Assembly: GCA_963827235.1 (NCBI GenBank)
Contig: CAWHAE010000009.1
Location: 256,001 to 320,000 of the forward strand
DNA length: 64,000 bases
Direction of reading: 5' to 3'
From: an uncultured bacterium
Lineage (GTDB): Bacteria > Chloroflexota > UBA5177 > JANWHV01
How positions within the stretch are numbered: position 1 is the stretch's first letter; every line of letters starts with the position of its first letter. Positions 1-10,101 of this stretch are shown piece by piece. Position numbers and translations under genes: made by a program. Under the pieces are notes generated by a model. The model saw only the letters and a list, made by a program, of their open reading frames with translations, made no database searches and had not been told where the DNA came from.

Positions 1-1112
1 AGCACGCCCACCAGCATGCCGCCGATCGGCGTCGTGCCGGCGAAGAGCAGGTAGTAGAGGCTCATCACACGTCCGCGCAGATGATCCGGCGCGGACATCT
101 GGAGGCGGGTGCTGGCGCTGGAGCTGAAGGTGATGCTGGCCACGCCCAACACCACCAGCAACCCCAGCGTGACCGGCATCCAGGTGGAGATCCCTACCAG
201 TGCCAGTACGACCGAAAAGACAAGTGCGGCGACCATGATCACCGTTTGCGAAGTCTGCCGTGCCGAGGCCACGCCGAGCGCGGCGACCACCGAGCCCACG
301 CCGAGCGCCGACGTCAGCAAGCCAAGGCCTAGCGCACCGGCGTGCAAGGTGTACCTCGCCAGCAGCGGCAGCACGGTGCCGAAGTTGTAGCCGAACGTGC
401 CGACGATACCGACCATGGTCAACGTGCGCAGCACATCGGGAGCGCCGACGGCGTAGCGGATCCCTGCCCCTATCTGCCGGAATACGGTGCCGCGCGCCGG
501 TCCGGCCACGGCATGGAACTCCCGCGGACGCATGATCGCTAGGCCCACGAGCACCGGCAGGAAGCTGGCCGCATTGATCAGAAATGCCTGACCGATGCCG
601 ATGGCGCTGATCACAATGCCGGCCAGAGCGGGGCCGACCACCCTCGCCGCATTGAACAGCATGCTATTGAGAGCAACCGCATTTTGCAGCTGCTCGTGTC
701 CGACCAACTGCGCCACGAATGCCTGTCGGGCCGGATTGTCCACCGCGTTGACGGTGCCCAGCAGGAAGGCCACCACGTAGATTTCCCACAACTGGACCGC
801 ATTGGTGACGACCAGCATGCCAAGCAGCACGGCCTGCAGAGCAGCCACGCTCTGCGTGCAGAACACCAAGTTGCGCCTGGGCACCCGGTCGGCGATCACG
901 CCGCCGACCAGCGTCAACGCCGTCACCGGCAGGAACTGCAACATGGTGACCGTGCCCAGCGCCGTCGGGGAGTTGGTCAGCTTCAGGACCAGCCACGCTT
1001 GTGCCGTGGTCTGCATCCAGGTGCCGCTGATCGAGATCAGCTGCCCGAGCCAGAAGACGCGATAGTTGTAGATGGCAAGGGAGCGAAACGTCCGGCCGAA
1101 GCGCACCCTCAT
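1..1112 (-). CDS. MFS transporter (MFS_3/DUF894-like), truncated by the left window edge
   Basis: Minus-strand translation from ATG at 1112: MRVRFGRTFRSLAIYNYRVFWLGQLISISGTWMQTTAQAWLVLKLT...GGVIADRVPRR (MFS motif A). Overlaps the MarR stop codon (ATGA). Confidence 0.9.
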   Translation of the reverse strand, partial: MRVRFGRTFRSLAIYNYRVFWLGQLISISGTWMQTTAQAWLVLKLTNSPTALGTVTMLQFLPVTALTLVGGVIADRVPRRNLVFCTQSVAALQAVLLGMLVVTNAVQLWEIYVVAFLLGTVNAVDNPARQAFVAQLVGHEQLQNAVALNSMLFNAARVVGPALAGIVISAIGIGQAFLINAASFLPVLVGLAIMRPREFHAVAGPARGTVFRQIGAGIRYAVGAPDVLRTLTMVGIVGTFGYNFGTVLPLLARYTLHAGALGLGLLTSALGVGSVVAALGVASARQTSQTVIMVAALVFSVVLALVGISTWMPVTLGLLVVLGVASITFSSSASTRLQMSAPDHLRGRVMSLYYLLFAGTTPIGGMLVGV

Positions 1113-1573
1113 GTACTGGATAGCTCCTGGGCTTCGGCGCTCGGTGCCTGCACACGCTCGATGCCCGCTGCCACCAGCTCCAGCATCTCGGTCACCCGTT
1201 CGAGATCCGGTCCAAGCTGGTCTGCCAGCGTCGTGAGGAGCGCACGATTGCCCTCCCCGATCGTGCCGACGGCTGCCGCACCGTCGGCGGTAAGCGTGAG
1301 CGGGATCACGCGCCGGTCGGCCACCAACCGGCCACGCTCTACCAATCCGGCGCGTACCAGCTTGTCCACCAGTCCACTCACGGTCGCCGTGGTCAAGCCG
1401 AGATGGCGAGCCAGCACATGGGTGGTGACGCCGGGCTGTGCTCGAATCTTGAATAGGACTCGCAACTGCGGCAGCGTCACACCCTGCTCTTCCCATACGT
1501 GCAGGCGAAGCGTCTCCACGTAATGCACCAGCGACCAATACGCACTGCGAAAGCGCTGTTCGATATCACCCAT
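1109..1573 (-). CDS. MarR family transcriptional regulator
   Basis: VTLPQLRVL...LARHLGLTTATVSGLVDKLVRAGLVER...DRRVIPLTLT wHTH signature; coupled to the MFS gene. Confidence 0.92.
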   Translation of the reverse strand: MGDIEQRFRSAYWSLVHYVETLRLHVWEEQGVTLPQLRVLFKIRAQPGVTTHVLARHLGLTTATVSGLVDKLVRAGLVERGRLVADRRVIPLTLTADGAAAVGTIGEGNRALLTTLADQLGPDLERVTEMLELVAAGIERVQAPSAEAQELSST

Positions 1574-1647
1574 AGCTTCATACTACGGCATATCCTAACA
1601 ATTAGCTATCGCCTGCCTAATTACCGTTGCGGGACGCGCAACTCCAC

Positions 1648-1975
1648 ATGCCCTGGCTGCCCTGCAACAAGCTGGCGACCAGGCCGGTCAGGTGGACCGG
1701 GACCTCCATTCCCTCGATAGCTCCGTCATTCGTGCCCATCAGCACGCCGGCGCGGCAGAGGGGGGACCCGGCGACCGAAGCGCCCGGGCGCTCGCGGGCC
1801 GGGTTCAGCACCAGAGTGCACGTCCGGGCCGCGGGGCAGGGCAAACCGGTCGTCTTCGTCCTGACGGCGGGCAAGCGGCACGACCATGCCGCGGTGGGGC
1901 GCTGATGACGCGGAGGCCATCAAGCGGGCGGGGCGGGGACGATCATGGTTGCGCCCGCGGCGACTGGACGGGACG
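1648..1975 (+). mobile_element. IS5-family transposase remnant (internal fragment)
   Basis: LDSSVIRAHQHAGA in one frame, then GRSRAGFSTRVHVRAAGQGKPVVFVLTAGKRHD after a G-run frameshift; both ends missing. Confidence 0.85.
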
Positions 1976-2001
1976 AGCGGCCCAGACACGACAAAGGGAC
2001 G

Positions 2002-2901
2002 TCACCCGGCAGGCTGATCGTCGAGAATCTGCACGTCGAGTTCCTGCAGCTGAGCGGGGTCGGCAAGCACGTCGATGGCGACGATCTTGCCGGAGACGAT
2101 CGTGAACTCGAAGACGCCGCGAGGCTTGCCGCCCGAAGCCCAGACGGCGCCCACAGCCCCGTCCACCAGTGCGGCTTGCGCGCCCTGCGCCCGCCCTGTG
2201 AAGGTCCTTGCGACGGCCGTCGCACCTCGGACCTCGGCTTCCAGTTGCGCGCGAGGCCGCGCCACGGCGGCGCGGTCGGCCCGGAGCACGACGTCGGGAT
2301 CGAGCAGTGCCAGCAACGCGCTAAAATCGCCGTTGCGCGCGGCCGCCAGGAACGCATCCACGATGGCACGCTGGCGCGTGCGATCGGCGTCGGGAGTCGC
2401 CGCCGAGCCCTGCACGCGACGTCGAGCGCGGCTGGCGAGCTGCCGCGCCGCAACCGGCGACCGACCGACGATCGTGGCGATCTCGTCGAACGGCACGCCA
2501 AACACGTCGTGCAAGATAAATGCGAGCCGCTCGGCGGGCTCCAGCGCCTCCAGGACGACCAGCAAGGCAGGACCGACCGCGTCCGCCAGCAGCGCCTCCT
2601 GAGCGGGATCGGGGCCGCCCGTCGCGCGCACCACCGGCTCAGGAGCGTGCAGATCCAGCGATTCTTCACGGCGCGATCGCCGTGCCTCCAGCATATTCAG
2701 GCAGACCCGCGAGACCACGGTCGTGAGCCAGCCACCAAGGTTCACTACGCCGTCGGCGCTGGCGCGGCTGACCCGGAGCCACGCCTCCTGGACGGCGTCG
2801 TCCGCCTCGGTCGTCGAGCCGAGCAGCCGGAATGCCACCGCCTGCATATGGGCGCGGTGGTCTTCGAAGCGCTGTGCCAGCCACTCGCGTTCGTCCATCA
2901 C
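2002..2901 (-). CDS. ECF sigma-70 factor, SigJ/ECF41-like with SnoaL-like C-terminal extension
   Basis: EADDAVQEAWLR, WLTTVVSRVCLNML, ERLAFILHDVFGVPFDEIA, RQLASRARRRV, then FLAAARNGDFSALLALLDPDVVLRAD. Confidence 0.92.
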   Translation of the reverse strand: MMDEREWLAQRFEDHRAHMQAVAFRLLGSTTEADDAVQEAWLRVSRASADGVVNLGGWLTTVVSRVCLNMLEARRSRREESLDLHAPEPVVRATGGPDPAQEALLADAVGPALLVVLEALEPAERLAFILHDVFGVPFDEIATIVGRSPVAARQLASRARRRVQGSAATPDADRTRQRAIVDAFLAAARNGDFSALLALLDPDVVLRADRAAVARPRAQLEAEVRGATAVARTFTGRAQGAQAALVDGAVGAVWASGGKPRGVFEFTIVSGKIVAIDVLADPAQLQELDVQILDDQPAG

Positions 2902-2947
2902 TGCCCTTCCCTGGTCACGTTTTATCGCCGCTACCTGTCATGATACT

Positions 2948-2974
2948 GACCGGTGGAATACGGCCGGGGTGACA
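2948..2974 (-). promoter_or_regulatory. Candidate ECF41-type autoregulatory promoter
   Basis: Minus strand TGTCACC-N16-GGTC just upstream of the sigma gene; the ECF41 consensus as I recall it is TGTCACA-N16-CGTC. Confidence 0.5.
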
Positions 2975-3006
2975 CAGCGAGTGTAGCGAGTGAGAGGAAA
3001 CCAGCC

Positions 3007-3477
3007 GTGACGGACATCCAGAAGTCGGCCAGGAGTACCACCAGCAAGGCGTCCACCGGATTCTCGGACGAGGAACGAGCCGCTATGCGGGAGCGCGTCC
3101 AAGAGCAGCAGGTGGCCACGCGCCGCGACCAGCGCGCGGTCAAGGAGGACGGGGAAAGCGACGTGCTCGCGAAGATCGCCGAGATGCCGGAATCGGATCG
3201 CGCCCTGGCCGAGCGACTCCATGCCCTCATCACCGCCAGCGCGCCGGCCCTCGCGCCGAGAACCTGGTACGGGATGCCCGCGTATGCCAAGGATGGCAAC
3301 GTCGTCTGCTTCTTCCAAAGTGCGCAGAAGTTCAAGACGCGGTACGCGACGCTCGGCTTCAGCGACAAGGCGAACCTCGACGAAGGCGCCATGTGGCCGA
3401 CCGCCTTCGCGCTGACGGAGTTGACCGCCGACGACGAGACACGGATAGGCGCGCTCGTGAAGCAAGCCGTGAGCTAA
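3007..3477 (+). CDS. DUF1801 (YdhG/YdeI-like) protein
   Basis: [13 protein letters not shown]...[39 protein letters not shown]...MWPTAFAL; GTG start after GAGGA. Confidence 0.88.
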   Translation: MTDIQKSARSTTSKASTGFSDEERAAMRERVQEQQVATRRDQRAVKEDGESDVLAKIAEMPESDRALAERLHALITASAPALAPRTWYGMPAYAKDGNVVCFFQSAQKFKTRYATLGFSDKANLDEGAMWPTAFALTELTADDETRIGALVKQAVS

Positions 3478-3488
3478 AGGACTGAGAG

Positions 3489-3734
3489 GTGACAACGATG
3501 AAGACGATGACCTGTAAACAAATGGGAGGACCTTGTGATGCCTCATTCCATGGAAACACGGCTGATGAGGTGATAAAAGCGCAAGATAAGCATCTGAAAG
3601 ACATGGTCGCCGGAGGTGATGAAACGCACAGAAGCGCCCTGAAGAGCATGCAGGGTAGGTGGAAGAATCCCGTGTCAGGAATGGGGTGGTACCTAAGAAC
3701 AAAGAAGGCCTTTGCTGCTCTTTCCGAAGACTGA
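3489..3734 (+). CDS. DUF1059-like small metal-binding protein
   Basis: MKTMTCKQMGGPCDASFHGNTADEVIKAQDKHL (Cys/His pattern). Confidence 0.75.
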   Translation: MTTMKTMTCKQMGGPCDASFHGNTADEVIKAQDKHLKDMVAGGDETHRSALKSMQGRWKNPVSGMGWYLRTKKAFAALSED

Positions 3735-4069
3735 TCGGTCATCGATGCTTCTGCGGTGCGAGTGGCGGCAGTTCTCGCATTCACGTCGATCTGGCAGGCG
3801 AGCACCACCGACCTGACATCGAATATCGCTTGGCGTGGGATGCTATAGTGGTGGACCACTATGGTGGAAGTTGGTGGTCGGAGAGTACTCGGTCCACGAC
3901 GTAGCGCATCGCCTGCGACGACGGTCGACAACGTTGAAGCATACTCTACGATGAAAGCGGATGTACGAACTCGCTAGCACATGAGCCTAAGCGAGATGGC
4001 CGGCGGCCGAGCACGAGCGAGCCTGTGGCTTCGACTATGACTGCTGCGCCGACTGAAGGGAGGACCACG

Positions 4070-4627
4070 ATGCGCCGGCTGTTCAGGCTCTTTGCCCTAG
4101 GAAGCCTCGTCCTAACGGCCACGGCGGTGCGCATGCCCGCCGTGCACGCAGGCTCTCGCGACGCGGCAACCGTCGCGACGTGCCAGGCCAACGCCTTGAG
4201 CATCGCGCCTGATCTCGTCTCGGGCGCCACGGGCCACATTGCTGTGGAGATGCGGGTGCGCAACGTCTCTGGGATGCCGTGTGCTTTGGAAGGCTACGCC
4301 ACGCTCGTGCTCCTGGACGGGTCTCGTCGACCGCTGCTGACGGTCCTGACGTGGGGCTCGCGCTACTTCACGATCTTCAACCGCCCGGTCCGCTTGGTGA
4401 CGCTGGCACCCCGCGGCAACGCGTACCTGGCCCTGGGCTGGTCGCACATTCCTGAGCCAGGCCAGACCTGCCCGAAGGCGCCCAACCTGCTGGTCTTGCC
4501 GCCTGGAGCCACGAGCGCACTCTTGGTGGCGCTGGGTAAGCCCAGCACGCTGTCCTATGGCCCGATTGATGCGTGCGGTGGGGCACTCGCCGTCTCGCCC
4601 ATCGAGCCGACGCACTTCAGTTTGTAG
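4070..4627 (+). CDS. Secreted DUF4232-like protein
   Basis: GGAGG RBS, signal peptide ending AVHA, CQANAL...GATGHI...VRNVSGMPCALEGY...VTLAPRG motif. Confidence 0.8.
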   Translation: MRRLFRLFALGSLVLTATAVRMPAVHAGSRDAATVATCQANALSIAPDLVSGATGHIAVEMRVRNVSGMPCALEGYATLVLLDGSRRPLLTVLTWGSRYFTIFNRPVRLVTLAPRGNAYLALGWSHIPEPGQTCPKAPNLLVLPPGATSALLVALGKPSTLSYGPIDACGGALAVSPIEPTHFSL

Positions 4628-5049
4628 TGCAGGTCGGTGCACGGCATAGGTCAGGGCGGAACACTTGCGCCCGACGCGAACGCTTGCGGTGTAGTACTCC
4701 GCGGCGTTCCCACCACGTCAGACGTCTGCGAGGGCGCTAGCGAGCTGATGAATAGCTAGACATACCGCCGCTAGACCACTGGTGCGCCGGTCTGACAACA
4801 TAATCGTCGCACAACTGCTGCGCTGTATCGCACGACATAGCGTCGTGCAGTCCCACCGGCTACTCTGCAGGGTGACACAGGTGCAGGTACAGGAGTGCCC
4901 GCTGGACGCGCTCACGCGACCGGGCATGACCCTCGACGACCAGTTGAGGTCGTTGCGCAGGCTGCTATGCCCGGCCGTGGGCCCGGGCCGCGCAGCTGGC
5001 CACTCGCTCGTGATGATCTACGCTTCGTTGGATTGCGGAGGAGACTCGT

Positions 5050-5787
5050 ATGGAACCGATTCCGATCACCGGCCACCAGCAGCTGCACCCCTATGCCTGT
5101 CGCGGGTTGAGTATCGACCCCGACCCGCCCGAGGTCGGGCAGCCCAGCCTGATCAGCCTGTTGCTGGTCAATTCCGACCCTCTGCCGCTCACCGTGTCAC
5201 ACGTGGAATTCAGCGTGGCTCGCTTCGGTATCGGCGTCCTTGAACCGGAGCACCTCCCGCCACTGGGACCATTCGTCATGCCGGCAGATCCTGACCATAC
5301 CGAACTGGTGCGTGTGACCTGGACGCCGGGCGAGAGCGGTCACCGCTGCGTGCAAGCGCTCATCCATATTGCTGGGTGCTCGCAGCCACAGCGGCTGCGC
5401 CGCAACGTATTGGTCCTGGAGGAAGTGGACTCTAGCCGGCGAGAGTGGCAGATTCCCTTCCGGCTAGGGAATCCAGATACGGAGCCGGCGGCGCTCGTGC
5501 TGAGCACGGTAGGCGATGCCGCGCGCAGCGTCGCCGCGCTGATGATGGTGAAGGGACGCTATGTGCCGCTTGGCCAGCCGATCCAGATGGCGCCACGGGA
5601 AGAAGTGGACGCTATGCTGGTCCTGCTGGCCCCTCGGGCAGCGACTGGCGAGATCGCTCTCGGGCTCGAGGCGACAAGCGGTGGGCGCCTGATCGACGGT
5701 ATCCAACTGGAGGTGCGGCGGTCGGGGACCTGGCAGGGACTCGGCCTTGATAGCACGCGCGACGTAGCGCGCCTGGTATCTGTGTGA
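5050..5787 (+). CDS. Hypothetical protein (beta-rich, possibly two Ig/CARDB-like domains)
   Basis: GGAGGAG RBS, 245-aa ORF with coding-like composition; VTWTPGESGHRCVQALI motif. Confidence 0.7.
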   Translation: MEPIPITGHQQLHPYACRGLSIDPDPPEVGQPSLISLLLVNSDPLPLTVSHVEFSVARFGIGVLEPEHLPPLGPFVMPADPDHTELVRVTWTPGESGHRCVQALIHIAGCSQPQRLRRNVLVLEEVDSSRREWQIPFRLGNPDTEPAALVLSTVGDAARSVAALMMVKGRYVPLGQPIQMAPREEVDAMLVLLAPRAATGEIALGLEATSGGRLIDGIQLEVRRSGTWQGLGLDSTRDVARLVSV

Positions 5788-6081
5788 GGCAGCGCTGCAC
5801 CAGGATTCGCCATCGGGCAGGTTGCAGGCGGTATCGAGCGGCCGAGGTTGCGCGCCTAAGTCGTGGTGACCGGTCAGGTCGTGACAGTCTTGTGCGAGCC
5901 AACGTGATTCGCGATGAGCGCGCGCATGCGCTCTGACGCGTGACGCTTCGATTGATGTTGCATTGAGAGACTGTCTTCAGATCTGGCGCGATTTCCAGGT
6001 CGTCGAGAACGAGACCGACCTGCGGGTGCGACGAGCGCAAAAACTAATACCTCGTCTACCCTCTCGGGTCTCAGGCGCTGG

Positions 6082-6517
6082 TCACAATCTGCCCCGATGC
6101 CGCTCCTTGGCCTTGGCACGCTTGACCGCACTTCGGTGCTCTTCCCGCCGCACGGCCTCCTCCCGTCGAGCCGCCTCCCTTCGGGCAGCCTCCTCGGCAA
6201 TCGCGGCCTTGACGGCGGCTTGCGCGGCTGTACCGACCACGGAAGCCTTCCGCTCTTTTGCCCTGCCCCTGGCTTGTCGCTTCGGACTCGTTCGTTGGTG
6301 CTCGACCGCAGCGCGTGAGTTCAGGGGAGTGGCCGGAGCAGCGCACGCTCGAATCCAACAGTGCGTCATAGCCGTGCAGCGAGAAGGCGAGGACCTCGGC
6401 GCCCGACGGCTCCGCACCGAATACGTGGCGCGCCGCCCGCACGTGGCCATCTTCGAGAATCTCAAGGAGGCCTACCCAGAACTGACCATCAAAATACACG
6501 GTGAACGTCGTCGACAT
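6082..6517 (-). pseudogene. yjdF: YjdF family (DUF2992) protein with one frameshift
   Basis: [19 protein letters not shown]...[13 protein letters not shown]; the C-terminus (SPKRQAR...GTAAQAA...KAKERHRGR) is in another frame, with an apparent extra T near 6352. Confidence 0.85.
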
Positions 6518-6551
6518 CGCTTCGCTCCCAGGCACACTCAAGTGACCCGGC

Positions 6552-6606
6552 AGCAACAGGACTCTTCGATGCCGAAGTGACGGGCTAGTACGTCCGGTGT
6601 CCTGCC
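6552..6606 (-). promoter_or_regulatory. Candidate structured cis-regulatory RNA upstream of yjdF
   Basis: Minus strand GGCAGGAC/GTCCTGTT closing stem enclosing CGG-ACGTACTAGC-CCG and CTTCG-GCAT-CGAAG hairpins. Confidence 0.4.
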
Positions 6607-6895
6607 ACGAACCCCGTACGACTGCCATCCGGACTTCCTCCGGACCGTGCAATTCGTGCAGCCAGCGTAGAAATGAGTGTACCACCGGCAGTCCCCGTCG
6701 CGGTATTCGGGCGCGCTTTCGGGCGCTATCTTTTGTAACGGGTGATCCGTAGGCCTGGCATAGTCAGCCGCTACCCGCGGGCACGAAGGCTCAGGAGTCA
6801 GCGCTCAGCGCACTTTGTCCCGTTGCCACATGCCATGCCGGCAAGCTGCAGAAGTCGTTGCTGCGCCGCGAAAGTGAAACTCGCCTGTGGCATCC

Positions 6896-7438
6896 ATGCC
6901 GGTTCGCTTTACTGCCCGGCTCCGTCTAGAGCCTATTGGCCCACAGCATGCGGACGGCCTCTGGCGGTTGTTTCAGGATCCTGCCGTCGCTGCCTGGTAC
7001 GGACCTTGGACCCGCCAGATGGCGCAGGATGAAGCCGCCCGCATCGGTGTGTGCTGGGCGGCCGATGGCGTTCATAAATGGATGGCGTACGACCGCCTGA
7101 GCGGTGGCCTCGTCGGGCGCGGCGGACTTTCGCGGACGCGCCTGGCTGGCCGGGACTACCTTGAGGTCGGCTGGGCGCTGCTGCACCAGTTCTGGGGCCA
7201 CGGCTACGCAACGGAGATTGGACAGGCTGCAATCACCTTCGCCTTTGACGAGCTGGACGCCGCCGAGATTGTGTCCTTCACTGAAGTTCGAAACACCCGG
7301 TCGCGCGCTGTGATGGAGCGGCTCGGCTTCCAGTTAGTACGCGAGTACGTACCCGAGAACGGCAGCGAGCCTTTCGCCCTCTACGCGCTCAGCCGATCCG
7401 GCGTCAACGAGCCGACAGACAAGCCTGACAACGGCTAA
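6896..7438 (+). CDS. GNAT N-acetyltransferase (RimJ/RimL type)
   Basis: TARLRLEP...LEVGWALLHQFWGHGYATE...NTRSRAVMERLGF. Confidence 0.9.
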   Translation: MPVRFTARLRLEPIGPQHADGLWRLFQDPAVAAWYGPWTRQMAQDEAARIGVCWAADGVHKWMAYDRLSGGLVGRGGLSRTRLAGRDYLEVGWALLHQFWGHGYATEIGQAAITFAFDELDAAEIVSFTEVRNTRSRAVMERLGFQLVREYVPENGSEPFALYALSRSGVNEPTDKPDNG

Positions 7439-7829
7439 GGGATATGCGCCCATATCGGGCTCAGCATCTCTCGGCAACTCGAGCCCGGTTCGCGCATTCT
7501 GCCAGCGCACCGATGCGGTCAGCTTGCTGCTTGGGCATGCATCTGGTCACCCCGCCGTCTCCCGTCCTGAGGATCACCTTCCCCGTGCTTGGGCCTTCGA
7601 CGTACCTTTTGCCACCGACGGTTGGTAAAGCGCTCCATGGCTCGCGCCACTCACGACTTTGCAGCACGCTCTCGTGCTTGCCACAGGCGCATTCGCGCTG
7701 CTGGCTCACGACGGTGACGCCGGACGCGGCACGTCGAATGTGCGTCCGCGCGTTGCGGCGCAGCGTGGTACAACGGGGAAGGCAGACTGGCATGCTGCAA
7801 GGACCGGATGTCGAAAGGGGCGCGCTGCG

Positions 7830-8709
7830 ATGGATGTGGCCATTGGACTGCCGGCGACCATACCCGGCGTGGAAGGACCGGCGCTGGTTGCCTGGGCGCA
7901 GCGCGCAGAGGCGCGCGGGTTCTCGAGCCTGGGCGTGATCGACAGGCTCGTGTACCCGAACTACGAGCCGCTCATCGCCCTCACTGCGGCGGCCGCCGTG
8001 ACCACGCGTATCCGCTTGACGACCGCGATTCTTGATCGCGCCACTGCGGACGAACACTGCCATGCTCGCCAAGCAAGCCGCGTCGCTGGACCGCCTCTCA
8101 GGCGGGCGGCTCGTGCTCGGCCTCGCAGTGGGCGGCCGAGAGGACGACTTTGTTGCCAGTGGGGCCGACATGCACACGCGCGGGCGAGCATTCGAGCAGC
8201 AGCTTCTCGAGTTGAAGCGCATCTGGAGCGAGGAGCGCGAGGACTGGCAGGTGGCCATTGGTCCGCGACCGGCCCGCGCTGGTGGGCCCGAGTTGATTAT
8301 CGGCGGGCAAGCCGAGGTCACCTTCAAACGAGCGGCGACGCACGGAAGCGGCTGGATCATGGGCGGAGGGACGCCCGACAACTTCGCGACCGGGCTGCAG
8401 GCGCTCCGCCAGGCCTGGAGCGCTGCCGGTCGCACCGACACGCCGCGGAACATCGCCCTGTGCTACTTCGCGCTCGGCCCGGACAGCAGGTCGCATGCAG
8501 ATCAGTATCTCCGGCACTACTATGCGTTTATGCCGCAGTACGTCGACATGGTCGCAACGAGTGCCGCTGTGAGCGAGCAGATGGTGCGGAGCTACGCGGA
8601 TGCCTTCGCCGCAGCGGGCTGCGACGAGCTGATCGCCTTCCCCTGTTCGGCCGATCTGGAGCAAGTCGATTTGCTCGCATCGGCAGTCGCATCCTACCTC
8701 AGGTCGTAG
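7830..8709 (+). pseudogene. LLM-class flavin-dependent oxidoreductase with one frameshift
   Basis: AEARGFSSLGVIDRLVY...EPLIALTAAAAVTTRIRLTTAIL, continuing in another frame IAPLR...LAKQAASLDRLSGGRLVLGLAVG; apparent extra T near 8032. Confidence 0.88.
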
Positions 8710-9029
8710 AAAGACTTCGGCGACCTTGGATGCCGGGGTGCCGCCCCCAGCGGCCAGGCGGTGCATTCCACTGGTCGTGCAATCACCGATGTGCGAGGCA
8801 GCGCCACTGCTGCCGGGACACGGCAGTCGGAGTGCATACGGTTGCGACTCCGAGCGACACATCTCCACGATCTGGTGGGCCATGGCGTTCGCCTGGACCA
8901 GAAGTGGTCCGAGGGTTTGCGCACCGGCGGCACCAGCGTGCCTGGCCAACCGAACGATCAACAAGAGAGCGAGCACCTGTTCCAGGGTGCTCGCTCTCGA
9001 GGCTTTGCAGCGTGCCGTCATCCAGTGGT

Positions 9030-9550
9030 TGGCTACGCTCGCTTCCGGCATCCTGAAGCCCCTGAACAACAGCCAGAACGGGAGCAGGATGATCTCGAAC
9101 GAGGCCACGGGAAGGGCAAGAAACTGCGTTGAGCCACCCGGAGAGGTGTCAATGAGATCGAACCAGCCGGCAATGCCCCCGAACAACACCAGGGCGTAGC
9201 CGATCAAGCCAACCACGGAGATACTTCGTGGCACGAGTCGGAACCGGAACAGCATCCAGGTAAAGAGCAATCCACCCAGCCCGAGCATGAGAAGATGATC
9301 GACCACAGCAGGGAGCCCATTCAATCGCTCCCCTCTGCGGATACACCTTGGCCAGATAGCCGGAGGCGTTCAGGATCGGATCCAGGAGAAAAGCCGCTGG
9401 GATGCTGACGGCCGCGGTAATCAGAAAGAGGGCCGCAATCACGATCTCTGCCCTGCGCTGGCTTGCATCCACGGCGCGCTGGGTCCTGTCCTCTTCCCGC
9501 GGTGACATCTCCACCACGTCATGTAGCGCAGCGCTCTTGAGGTTCATCAT
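9030..9550 (-). pseudogene. DUF4386-like membrane protein with internal deletion/frameshift
   Basis: N-part IAALFLITAAVSIPAAFLLDPILNASGYLAKVYP and C-part LFRFRLVPRSISVVGLIGY...LPVASFEIILLPFWLLFRGF are in different frames and the central helices are missing. Confidence 0.7.
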
Positions 9551-9586
9551 GTTCGTGTCTCCATTTGTGCAAGCTACTGGTGCGTT

Positions 9587-9859
9587 TCACGGTCCGATAT
9601 CCGGCGCTTCCGCCTGTGCGGGTACAACGTGCATGACCGAGAGCAACGGCAGGCCGAGATCGCGTACTTTCCTCAGCACGGCGTGCAACGCGGCCTGATC
9701 AATGACTGGTCCGGCTAGAAGCGTGTCGCCGTTGTCTACTCGCCTGAGGGTCAGACCCGCGAACCAATCGGCCCACCGGTCGTCAAGGTGTCCCTTGATG
9801 CGAATCTCGTACAGTACAGGCTCGTCTTGCTCGTCAGCTGGTGCGCGTGTTTCGCTCAT
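9587..9859 (-). CDS. Conserved hypothetical protein commonly adjacent to MalT-like LuxR regulators
   Basis: YEIRIKGHLDDRWADWFAGLTL...GPVIDQAALHAVLRKVRDLGLPLLSV. Confidence 0.85.
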   Translation of the reverse strand: MSETRAPADEQDEPVLYEIRIKGHLDDRWADWFAGLTLRRVDNGDTLLAGPVIDQAALHAVLRKVRDLGLPLLSVMHVVPAQAEAPDIGP

Positions 9860-10101
9860 TCCGTGCCTTGTCCGGTTCCCTCCTGCCTGGCGTCTCTGCA
9901 TGTCGTTGCAGGCGCTCTGCTCATGGACCACACCGTGCGAGCGTATGTGGGGAGGCGTCGTCCCCATGTATGGGGTTAGATGTGGGGATTTGTAGGGGTG
10001 GCAGATGCCGGACAGGCCGATACCCCGCGAGCCTCGCGACGGAAGACCGGGTTAGCGAGTAGCGGGACGCTGCAGTCTGCTCGGGCAGGGCTGGGCCGTG
10101 A

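Noticed and set aside
1945-2943. Long antisense ORFs (also 45050-46186, 48193-49440, 21049-22062, 33346-34347)
   Set aside because: Shadow ORFs opposite well-supported genes, expected in high-GC DNA.
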